From assembly GCA_965237565.1 (NCBI GenBank), contig OZ250145.1, positions 571,529-635,528 of the forward strand: 64,000 nucleotides of DNA, in the 5' to 3' direction. This DNA comes from Bdellovibrionales bacterium (lineage in GTDB: Bacteria; Bdellovibrionota; Bdellovibrionia; Bdellovibrionales; UBA1609). Each line of letters begins with the position of its first letter. Positions within the stretch are counted from its first letter, which is position 1. The translations under genes and the position numbers were made by a program. The notes beneath the pieces were generated by a model. The model did not search any database and was not told the origin of the DNA. It worked only from the letters and a program-made list of their open reading frames with translations. Shown here piece after piece: positions 10,452 through 18,854 of the stretch.

Positions 10452-11510
10452 ATGTCTAGGAGACGGATTGTTTACACAGAATATCTATGGTTAGATGGAC
10501 ACCAACCCACACAGGAATTGCGATCAAAGACACGGCTTTTGCCTCATATAGAAGGGCAGGCCATCAATATAAATTTCTTTCCAGATTGGGGTTTTGATGG
10601 TTCTTCCACCTACCAAGCAACGGGAGAGCATTCAGATCTCATTCTTAGGCCCGTGGCTTTTTGCAAGGATGTTTTACGTGGAGAGGGAGTCGCTTATGTT
10701 GTGATGTGCGAGGTGTTTCAGGCGAACGGAAAAGCTCATTCGAGTAACCAAAGAGCTCTCTTGAGAGAACTTCTGGCGAAGGGAGCAAAAAAAGAAGAAA
10801 TCTGGATTGGTTTTGAACAAGAGTACACTTTTTTCAAAGATGATCGACCAATGGGATGGCCAAAGGAGAAAACTCCAAAACCCCAAGGACCTTATTACTG
10901 TGGAGTGGGAGCGGAGAAAGTATTTGGAAGAGATATCGTGGAAGAGCACATGAGAGTGTGTCAAAAGGCTGGGCTTTATTTATATGGAATCAATGCGGAG
11001 GTGATGCCAGCACAGTGGGAGTTTCAGATTGGATTTAGAGATCAGGAGACAGAAGTGCCAGACCCTTTGACCTCGGCAGATCATCTGTGGATGGCGAGGT
11101 GGTTTCTTTACCGAATAGCTGAAAACTATGGAGTGAAAGTTTCCTTAGACAATAAACCCATTGCAGGGGATTGGAATGGAGCAGGCCTACACACAAATTT
11201 TTCGACTGGGCGAATGAGAAACTCAGAAACAGGAATGAGGGAAATTGAAAAGGCAATCAGGCTTTTATCCAAAACTCATAAGGAACATATTATGGTGTAT
11301 GGAGAGAACTTAGAAAAACGTTTGACGGGACAACATGAAACCTGTTCGATCGATGAGTTTAAATCAGGAGTCTCACATAGAGGAGCTTCAATCAGAATCC
11401 CAGCTCATGTGAAGCAAAAAGGCTGCGGTTACTTTGAAGATAGAAGACCGGGAGCTAACGCCGATCCTTACGCGGTAGCCAGTCGCTTAATTCATACAAT
11501 TACTGGTTGA
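10452..11510 (+). CDS. glnII: glutamine synthetase type II (eukaryote-like GSII), copy 2
   Basis: Same GSII motifs as copy 1. 352 aa. Termini have diverged, but the central ~290 nt is nearly identical to copy 1. Confidence 0.93.
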   Translation: MSRRRIVYTEYLWLDGHQPTQELRSKTRLLPHIEGQAININFFPDWGFDGSSTYQATGEHSDLILRPVAFCKDVLRGEGVAYVVMCEVFQANGKAHSSNQRALLRELLAKGAKKEEIWIGFEQEYTFFKDDRPMGWPKEKTPKPQGPYYCGVGAEKVFGRDIVEEHMRVCQKAGLYLYGINAEVMPAQWEFQIGFRDQETEVPDPLTSADHLWMARWFLYRIAENYGVKVSLDNKPIAGDWNGAGLHTNFSTGRMRNSETGMREIEKAIRLLSKTHKEHIMVYGENLEKRLTGQHETCSIDEFKSGVSHRGASIRIPAHVKQKGCGYFEDRRPGANADPYAVASRLIHTITG

Positions 11511-11634
11511 TAGTTTTTTTTGTTAAGTGAGTGACGAAACTATAGATTTTCATGTGGCTTCTAAAGATTGTTCCCTAAACTTGCCGACTAAAATATTTTT
11601 GATTGATAAAAGCTGTATATCCTAGGATTGAGCT

Positions 11635-12009
11635 TCAAAGTTTCATTCCTCTTATTTCTTTTTTTGACTCTTTGCTTGAAGGGGGGAGTCCATATTTGTT
11701 ATCCCCTTCAATTCCTTTTTGGCATAGAAAAAAAATAAGAACTAACTGGCCAAAAAAAGGTAATAAATTAAGGAAATACCACTGACCGCTTCTACCTGTA
11801 TCATGTAGTCTTCTAGAAAAAACAGCTGTTTGAGGAATAAAGGTAATCAAAAAATATATAATGCTTAAAAATCCAATCTCTACTTCAAAAAAAGATATAA
11901 AGATGGAACCAATAAAAACAGCTAAAACAAATAGCCAGTACTCATCTCTCCCAGCTCTCCCTGAAAAATCAGCGTACTTTGTTGTAAAACATCTGATAAC
12001 TAAATCCAC
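11635..12009 (-). CDS. DUF805 family inner-membrane protein
   Basis: KYADFSGRAGRDEYWLFVL ... SRRLHDTGRSGQWYFL is the DUF805 signature. I start it at GTG 12009 (AAGGA 7 nt upstream) because the longer tracked ORF runs through tRNA-Cys. Confidence 0.7.
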   Translation of the reverse strand: MDLVIRCFTTKYADFSGRAGRDEYWLFVLAVFIGSIFISFFEVEIGFLSIIYFLITFIPQTAVFSRRLHDTGRSGQWYFLNLLPFFGQLVLIFFLCQKGIEGDNKYGLPPSSKESKKEIRGMKL

Positions 12010-12031
12010 ATCCTTATCCTTCGATATTATA

Positions 12032-12107
<76 letters not shown>

Positions 12108-12215
12108 TACACTTCTTGTGATTTTTCAACAATCTAATTTGAATGTTATGAGGAGTCAATCTAGGCTTTTGTTTGTAGATGGATAGTTGTTTTCCTTTGC
12201 GAAAAAACAAAGCAA

Positions 12216-12734
12216 TCAAGCGTGCCCGATAGATATTTGTTGATTCAACAGCCGAGTGATCCAAATTCGCTCGCAAATTAAATTAAAGCCAATGGCTTCC
12301 GCTCCCATCAAAACAGAATCAAAATACTGCCTCACATCTTCAATCTCATCCATACTCACTTCTGTGTCATACAAAGAGTCTTCAAGCACCTCAATGAAAC
12401 TAATTAAGTCCGGTGTAGTAACCACCTTTGGCAAGCGATTCATATCTAGGTCGGAGTAGTTGGCCGGTTTAAATCCAATCAGAGAATCAGTCAGAATAAC
12501 TTTTTTCCCATCCAAAAAATTTACCTGCAAAAAATTTTCCTTTTTGGTGTCTACACGAGAAAGCACATCTTTTATATTCTTTGTTTTTAGTATCAAAGAT
12601 TTTCCATCCACTCTTTGACAAATAGCTAGTTCCCCTGTCCCGCTTTCTAGCAATATTAGCCCTCGGCATTGAGATACAAAATCTACAATAGACTGTACCA
12701 ATGGAGAAGTGGGGTTTTGTTTCTGTTCTTTCAA
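12216..12734 (-). CDS. hypothetical cytoplasmic protein
   Basis: 172-aa ORF with no confident motif. A decayed paralogous fragment lies at about 18282-18500. Confidence 0.55.
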   Translation of the reverse strand: MKEQKQNPTSPLVQSIVDFVSQCRGLILLESGTGELAICQRVDGKSLILKTKNIKDVLSRVDTKKENFLQVNFLDGKKVILTDSLIGFKPANYSDLDMNRLPKVVTTPDLISFIEVLEDSLYDTEVSMDEIEDVRQYFDSVLMGAEAIGFNLICERIWITRLLNQQISIGHA

Positions 12735-12929
12735 CTTTTTGCTCCTCTAATTTTGACCTTTGGTTACCTCGTTCTTTAGACTCTTCGACCGAAAACAAAT
12801 GCGACTTAAAAAAATGAAAAGCAGATCAAAATAAAAAAAGTATTGATTTATTAGGACTGTCTCTAAAAGAGACAAAGTCTTTAGACCAAGGGACACTCGT
12901 CGAAAGGGCTGAACTAGACAACCATCCTA

Positions 12930-13880
12930 TTAGAATGTAAAAGCTGTACTGAAAACAACAGGGCTAGTGCGTGCGCGAGCATGCAAAAAGTTAGCTATAA
13001 AGTCTCTTTGTTTGTTAATGAAGTGGCCAAACACACGGACCTGTACTCGGTAAACAGGCAGGTTGTCCAACTCAAATATTTCGTTATCTGTGGATCCTCC
13101 ATTTTGCCGGCCTTGCGTTGTTCCTCCCGCTTGATTCGCATCGGCGGCAAGACCTCCTCCCTCTCCCTGAGATTGTGGATCTTGAATGGGGGAGGTGGGA
13201 ATGGGGACTCCAGCGACAAAAAGAGTCAAGTTGTTCAAATCATTTCTTCTATTCGGTTGATAAGGCAAACGCACCTTTGGTGGAACAATGTATAAAAAGC
13301 CATCCATCCCACCACAATAACCAGAATCAATTGTTATGGGAGAAGAGGATAGCCTCTCTGTTCCCCAATTGGCAGATATTTCAAAGGTCACTTCAGTTAT
13401 GACAAAAAAATAATCCGTGCTGTTTGCAAACTGAAGTCCTGCTCTAAACCAATTATCTCCAACTGTTGTGGTTCCAAATTGGTTTCTGTCGACTTGTTGA
13501 TCGCTATCATTTGTAGTCTCAGTAGTGTTATCAGATTCAGTCTCAGTAGTGTTATCAGATTCAGTTGAAGAAGTGTCGGAATCATCTATTATTTCTTCTG
13601 GATCCAGTCCATAGGCTTTATCGGAGGGGAGACCTCTTCGGCAAATGGATTGGCTTGTTGTGGTAGGAGCACCTAAGAAAATTTGTGGAGGGACGTATTG
13701 TCCATTTACTTGAGGCCCAATTTCAATTTGTATTCCAGCAGAAAGAGATTCACTGCTTATCGCAGAAGGGGCTTGTTGTTGCAATCCGCACCCAGTGATT
13801 ATTCCCAAAACAATGGCGTTCACAAAAAAACAACCCGCCAGCTTCAAAGGATCTTTCAATGTTTTCTCATCCTCGTTCAT
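12930..13880 (-). CDS. putative lipoprotein with acidic Thr/Asp/Ser-rich tandem repeat
   Basis: Lipobox LGIITGC near the N-terminus. Contains a 24-nt tandem repeat (TESDNTTE x2, about 13516-13563). The C-terminal motif VFGHFINKQRDF recurs in a fragment at about 18500-18680. Confidence 0.6.
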   Translation of the reverse strand: MNEDEKTLKDPLKLAGCFFVNAIVLGIITGCGLQQQAPSAISSESLSAGIQIEIGPQVNGQYVPPQIFLGAPTTTSQSICRRGLPSDKAYGLDPEEIIDDSDTSSTESDNTTETESDNTTETTNDSDQQVDRNQFGTTTVGDNWFRAGLQFANSTDYFFVITEVTFEISANWGTERLSSSPITIDSGYCGGMDGFLYIVPPKVRLPYQPNRRNDLNNLTLFVAGVPIPTSPIQDPQSQGEGGGLAADANQAGGTTQGRQNGGSTDNEIFELDNLPVYRVQVRVFGHFINKQRDFIANFLHARARTSPVVFSTAFTF

Positions 13881-13989
13881 TGTTTCTATAAAAGAGCTCA
13901 GAATCCTAGCACTCCAAGCACTTCCTCATGATTATAAATCAAGATCTTCAGTTTAGAGGAGTTAAAAATGCAGTTTTTTCTTAAAAAAA

Positions 13990-15402
13990 GTGGTCGGTTC
14001 CTCAGCTATGTATGATGAACCGTATAACAGACTGTGCTATGTTCAAGGTCTTGTGCGTTTTAGCGTCCATTTTTTCTTGATTCATCTATTGATTTTTCCT
14101 TTTTTGCTGGAGGCTCAAGGGAAGTGCAGGCCTGTGATGGTGGCTGCAAGCTCCACTTTGTTTCAATGTGCAAGCTCCAATGTGGCTGTTTTGGTATTGA
14201 GAGGGAATCTGCAACAAAGAGTGGAAGCTGCAGCTAGTTTTTACCGTTCTGATTTTCTCAGTCCTGAACTTGTCGAATATTTTTCTGGGCGAATTACAAA
14301 TAAGATTGAACATAGTGCTATCAGTTGGAGCATTGATCGAATTCACGACCTTGTCTCTATGTATCTTCGAAACAACACTCCTGACGATTGGGTGGATTGG
14401 CCCGTCTATCGTCTATCAGAGCTTTACGAACTGGACTCAGGTGCCATCATGCGAGCGATCAGCATTCCAGACATCAATGTGTATATTAAGTCGATAAAAA
14501 GTGAGCTTCCTAAGAATGAGATCATGAGTTTTGGATGTACAAGTGTTGCAAAAATTTCGGACAATGAGTTCTTCTATGGTCGCAATTTGGATTTTGAAGC
14601 ATTAGGAGTTTGGGATCACTACCCTATGATGACTGTGCATCTCAGTGAACCAGAAGAAAATGTACTTTCCTATCTCGCTTTGGGATCTCATGGAGTGTTT
14701 TTCGGAGGGATCACGGGCATCAACGAAAAAGGCATATTCTTAGCTCTGCATGAGAACACAACAAACCAGATGACATTTAGTGGAATTCCCACACTTCTTA
14801 TTGGAGATAAGCTTTTGCAAACAGCTTCTACCATAGAAGAGGCAATCGCTTTCTTAAAACAATATCGCCCCGGTCCAGTGTGGACTTTTGTCATAGGCTC
14901 TTTGGAGGAGAAGACCATTCGAGCTGTAGAAGTTTCAAAAAATTTTTTTCATGTTAGGAAGATCGAAGATTCTTCATTTGCTCAAACCAATCACCTCAGC
15001 GGAGCTCAACTAAAGGAACTTGAGATCATGTCTTTTTCGGGTCTCAGGAACTCAAAAGCACGATACCGAATTGCTATGGAAAATCTCAATGCCCCTCTTT
15101 TTGATTTAAAACGATTGTTTCACATTATGGGATACCGGTATTCGCGCAAAAAAGAAAATAATAACGACGTGGATATTTTACGACTAAAAACCATACAAAC
15201 TATGCTTCTTCATGATTCTCCTGAACGAGGAAGAAGATTGTATTTTTCCATTGACCCCTCTCCTGTGTCTGCCGGTCGTTTTTTGGGATTCTCTTTGGAG
15301 GAAATTTTTCATACAGCCCGCTCCAAGGATTTTGATGGGTTTCATTACGAGCTTTTGTCTCCACATTCTATGGCACCCTTATTTAGCAAAAAAAATAATT
15401 AA
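13990..15402 (+). CDS. Ntn-hydrolase, peptidase C45/choloylglycine-hydrolase-like (tentative)
   Basis: Candidate nucleophile context SFGCTSVAK, followed by FYGRNLDFE and GGITGINEKGIFLALHE, the pattern of C45/C59 Ntn hydrolases. Start codon uncertain (GTG 13990 or ATG 14008). Confidence 0.55.
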   Translation: MVGSSAMYDEPYNRLCYVQGLVRFSVHFFLIHLLIFPFLLEAQGKCRPVMVAASSTLFQCASSNVAVLVLRGNLQQRVEAAASFYRSDFLSPELVEYFSGRITNKIEHSAISWSIDRIHDLVSMYLRNNTPDDWVDWPVYRLSELYELDSGAIMRAISIPDINVYIKSIKSELPKNEIMSFGCTSVAKISDNEFFYGRNLDFEALGVWDHYPMMTVHLSEPEENVLSYLALGSHGVFFGGITGINEKGIFLALHENTTNQMTFSGIPTLLIGDKLLQTASTIEEAIAFLKQYRPGPVWTFVIGSLEEKTIRAVEVSKNFFHVRKIEDSSFAQTNHLSGAQLKELEIMSFSGLRNSKARYRIAMENLNAPLFDLKRLFHIMGYRYSRKKENNNDVDILRLKTIQTMLLHDSPERGRRLYFSIDPSPVSAGRFLGFSLEEIFHTARSKDFDGFHYELLSPHSMAPLFSKKNN

Positions 15403-15453
15403 GAATACTTAGAATCCTCAAGCCTTGGTATAAATGATAATGGATGACATATC

Positions 15454-15877
15454 ATGAATATGATAAAAAAATTAGAGAGCTCTTTTTTTGTCTTTGCTTT
15501 TCTTGTTCTTTTTTCGAATACAACACTGGCAGCTAAAAGAGTCTACGATCTTGAAATAAAGAAAGAAACAGTCAATAAGACTGGTGAAAATGTGGGCTTC
15601 GCTCTCACCCTAGTACCATTCTCACACAAATCTTCAGGAACAACGAGGAGTTTACGGTGCTATTGTCATTGAACCAAAAGTGAATCCTATACAAGTTGAT
15701 CACGAGTTGGTGATGGTTCTGAGTGACTGGATTAACGAACATCCTCAAGCAGTTTTTGCTCGCTTAAAACGAGATGGTCATGCTTACGCATGGAAAAAAA
15801 ATACCATTGCATCCATTGCCGATGCGATCAGTAAAGACTCCTTGAGTGATTATCTAAAGAACCAATGGAACCGACTC
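15454..15877 (+). pseudogene. multicopper oxidase 5' fragments (copy of 24340.. with an internal ~215-nt deletion)
   Basis: The first ~145 nt are near-identical to 24340-24483. The sequence then jumps to the equivalent of about 24712-24975. The tracked ORFs 15454-15672 and 15680-15937 reproduce MCO peptides. Confidence 0.9.
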
Positions 15878-16040
15878 CCAACGAGATTGCTAAAAAAATG
15901 GAAATGCCGGTGGGTGAGGAGGATGATTCTCATTTAGGAGATTTTATTGAGGACAAGTATGTCATTAATCCTTCTTCAGCCATTGTGAGTTTAAATTTGA
16001 TTGAGCAAACCAGAAGAGTGTTAGCGACTCTCACTCCGAG
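15878..16040 (+). pseudogene. rpoD internal fragment (diverged copy of about 252-487 with a 60-nt deletion)
   Basis: [58 protein letters not shown] matches RpoD 252-487, minus the 20 codons between two ccggtgg repeats. Confidence 0.9.
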
Positions 16041-16075
16041 GGAGGATCGAAGGTTCGAGTCCTTCAGCCCCTACC
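16041..16075 (+). pseudogene. 3' third of the CAU tRNA (copy of 798-832)
   Basis: ggaggatcgaaggttcgagtccttcagcccctacc equals the T arm plus acceptor 3' strand of the tRNA at 759-832, fused directly to the rpoD fragment. Confidence 0.9.
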
Positions 16076-16508
16076 ATTTTTTATCTGGTCTTTGAAAAAT
16101 ATACATACTTTATTTGGATTTTTGGTGATTCTATGATTTTCACAGGATGAAAATCATATTTTAATTATAGATCTTATATTCTAAGCCAATAAAAAATATT
16201 GCAAAACGTACAAAGAGGGAAAATCAACTTATGTTTTACCAGTTGATTCGAATTATTGTTTTTATATCTTGTTTTTTTATTTTTTCTTCTTTTGCTGATG
16301 ATTCTTTTAATGCAAAAAATGTTCTAAAATATTTCTCATAATATTTGGTAGTAAAGGATTTTGATCTCCGTTTTTTTGGAGGTCTAAAAATGTCCAATAA
16401 GCTTCATAATCATTTTGAAACATATAACATGTGCTAAAATTCTCAATTAATGTTTCAGAAAAAAATAATGATTGTTTTTGTTTGTGTGCTTGTTGTGGGA
16501 TGAGCTGT

Positions 16509-16840
16509 CTTCTTCTTTGAAAGTGATGAATCTTATTTGAAAAGGAAAACAGTTTTTATACTACAATCACTTTCTCGAAAAGTTCCTATGTCAGATATTA
16601 AAGTGCTTAGAAAAATGAATGAGATCATCAAATATATTGATATTTCCGTAGAGTTTAAAGCTCGCTTCGATAAAAGAATGTTTGTTAAAAAATTTTCAGC
16701 TAGAATAAGAAGTCTTTTGTTTCAATACTTTAAAAGGGCTGATTTATGGAAAATAATTCGATGCTAAGTAGAACTTAACTGGATGAAAGAAAATAAATAG
16801 TTGATTAGTAAAATTGAAGCTTTATCTTGTTTGGTTCACT
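16509..16840 (+). pseudogene. decayed copy of orf 973-1470 (internal ~120-nt deletion, stops)
   Basis: KRKTVFILQSLSRKVPMSDIKVLRKMNEIIKYIDISVEFKARFDKRMFVKK compares with KKKTVFIVESLSLKIPMSDIGMIRKTNEIIKHIDISVEFKVRFDKRIFVKK. The tail ...SCLVH* is also recognisable. Confidence 0.85.
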
Positions 16841-16884
16841 GAAATCAAATTTTAAAAATTTTATTACGTACTGTAAATTTTGCA

Positions 16885-17952
16885 TTAATGTGAAAATAGT
16901 AAGGAAGTGTTTGAATCTGATTTTTGAATCTCGTCATGATCGTTCTCATCTTCTTGATCGGCTCCTTTTTTGAGTAATAAAGCTATTTTTTTCCTCTTTC
17001 TAAAGGGCAAAACTAACTGCAAAGGAGTGTTGCCGTATTTATTCTTAGCATTCACATCGGCTCCTTTTTTGAGTAATAAAGCTATTTTTTTCCTCTTTCT
17101 AAAGGGCAAAACTAACTGCAAAGGAGTGTTGCCGTATTTATTCTTAGCATTCACATCGGCTCCCTTTTTTACTAATAGTGAGATTATTTCTTTTTTTTTA
17201 TTCCCCCATGTAGCCCAATGTAGAGCCGTCCACCTGTTTTTATCCCTAGACTTTATATTAGCACCATTTTCTATTAGTAATTTTGTCATTCCAATTTGAT
17301 TTGTAATAATTGCTCCAAATAAAGGAGTTTCGCTATGGTTATTTTTAGCATTTACATCAGCCCCTTTTTCTATTAGTAATTTTGCGATTTCAGTTCTCCC
17401 GAAGACAATCATATTATGTAGAGGAGTTTCACCATATTTATTTTTAGCATTTATATCAGCCCCTTCTTGTATTAACAATAACGACATTAATTTTTGGTTT
17501 GGCCACATTGTATCAACATGTAGAGGAGTGTTGCCGTTTTCGTCCATAGTTTTTACACTGGCCCCTTTTTTTATTAATAGTGCTGCTGTTTCTGAAAACA
17601 ACAATTGTAATGCTAAATGTAAAGGAGCTTGGCCCTTTTCGTTCCTAGCATTTACATTGACCCCTTTTTTTACCAACAATAAGGCTCTTTGTTCGTCAAA
17701 GTTTTCTAAGGCTCTAAAGAGAGCAATTGTCCTCATTTGAATATCTCTAGGTTTCACTTCTGAGTCTAATAAGGCGACGACCATCTTATATCTTTGCGAA
17801 GGACTATCACACTGAGGATATCCATTCATATCTTGTGTGATAAAATTTACAATTTCTGTTATTTTGCCATTTTTAGTAGGTCTGTTTAAAAAGTTGTCAT
17901 TACCCCATAGAGAATAAGAGAAAAGAAGAAGAATAAATGTAAATAATTTCAT
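16885..17952 (-). CDS. secreted ankyrin-repeat protein (about 7-8 ANK repeats)
   Basis: Signal peptide MKLFTFILLLFSYSLWG. Repeated G-TPLH..A......i..LLi.kGAdvNakn units. Confidence 0.88.
   Translation of the reverse strand: MKLFTFILLLFSYSLWGNDNFLNRPTKNGKITEIVNFITQDMNGYPQCDSPSQRYKMVVALLDSEVKPRDIQMRTIALFRALENFDEQRALLLVKKGVNVNARNEKGQAPLHLALQLLFSETAALLIKKGASVKTMDENGNTPLHVDTMWPNQKLMSLLLIQEGADINAKNKYGETPLHNMIVFGRTEIAKLLIEKGADVNAKNNHSETPLFGAIITNQIGMTKLLIENGANIKSRDKNRWTALHWATWGNKKKEIISLLVKKGADVNAKNKYGNTPLQLVLPFRKRKKIALLLKKGADVNAKNKYGNTPLQLVLPFRKRKKIALLLKKGADQEDENDHDEIQKSDSNTSLLFSH
16959..17156. repeat. perfect 99-bp tandem duplication (one 33-aa ANK unit x2) inside the ankyrin gene
   Basis: 16959-17057 and 17058-17156 read identically and encode KKGADVNAKNKYGNTPLQLVLPFRKRKKIALLL twice. 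Confidence 0.9.
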
Positions 17953-17995
17953 AAGATCCCTGTAGGAGAGAGAGGATCGGATTTTTTAGCCAAAA

Positions 17996-18211
17996 CTAAA
18001 GGACTATTTTGAGAAAATTTACAAAAGGCTTAATGGTGAGATCTGAATAGTCCCCCACCGCTTGATAAGTCGAAGAACCGTCAAAGCTCCATAAAGGTAT
18101 GTCGTCAAGAGTGAATTTTGATGTATTTTCAAAAAAAACAAGATTCGTTTTTGAACGAAGTTGTTGAGTCGGTCTCACTGAATAACAGCCCTCTATGAAC
18201 CCATCATTCAA
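17996..18211 (-). pseudogene. N-terminal fragment of a third GSII gene (about 290 codons deleted)
   Basis: PTQQLRSKTNLV...DDIPLWSFDGSSTYQAVGDYSDLTIKP matches GSII residues ~18-65. The downstream flank also matches 1860-1935. Confidence 0.88.
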
Positions 18212-18235
18212 CCCGATTCATTACACAATTGTGAA

Positions 18236-18281
18236 GGTGACAAGGGGGATCGAACCTGCGACCTTCTGAATGCAAATCAGA
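18236..18281 (-). pseudogene. 3' half of tRNA-Cys (copy of about 12038-12080)
   Basis: ggtgacaagggggatcgaacctgcgaccttctgaatgcaaatcaga compares with ggtgacagggatcgaacctgcgaccttctgaatgcaaatcaga. Confidence 0.85.
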
Positions 18282-18679
18282 ATCACTAGCTGGTTTAAAC
18301 CCAATCAATGAATCGGTGAGTATAACTTTTTTTCCATCTGAGAAATTCACTTGTAAAAATTTTTCTTTTTTTACATCCACACGAGAAAGTACATCTTTTA
18401 TATCCTTGGTTTTTTATGTTAAACATTTACCGTCTACTCTTTGGCAAATGGCTAGTTCACCCAGCCCACTTTCTAAAAATCTTAATCCTTGGCTGGGAAG
18501 TGGTTTGAAAACGAATCGGTGTAGGTAATTCAAAATTGGATTGAAAATTTCTCGCTTTATCAATGAAACGTCCAAAGGCTCTCATTTCTATTTGATAGCT
18601 CGGCAAGAAAGTGATGACAAATTGTTCCTCTACGCTTGTATTTCCGTCTTGGCTTTGATCTAAAGGTCCACTGCCCCAA
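18282..18679 (-). pseudogene. patchwork of fragments paralogous to 12216-12734 and to the 3' end of 12930-13880
   Basis: Nucleotide similarity of 18290-18500 to about 12470-12665. Peptide FGRFIDKARNFQSNF compares with FGHFINKQRDFIANF. The tracked ORF 18457-18867 is a chimera of these pieces. Confidence 0.7.
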
Positions 18680-18854
18680 TTTCTATTCTCCAGCAAACAC
18701 CTTGCCCATTGCGTCAATCTCTCATAGTCACTATAATTTTCAATTAAAAATTTTGATAAGTAAGAATACTTAGAATCCCTAGGTTTTGGTATAAACGGTA
18801 ATGGATGACATATCATGAATATGATAAAAAAATTAGAGAGCTCTTTTTTTGTCT
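18680..18854 (+). repeat. 175-bp direct repeat, left copy (MCO upstream region plus first 40 nt of MCO)
   Basis: Reads identically to 24205-24379 on visual alignment. Confidence 0.9.

Noticed and set aside
15865-16095. 76-aa tracked ORF
   Set aside because: It is a translation of an rpoD relic fused to a tRNA 3' fragment (…[16 protein letters not shown]). I treat it as pseudogene debris, not a gene.
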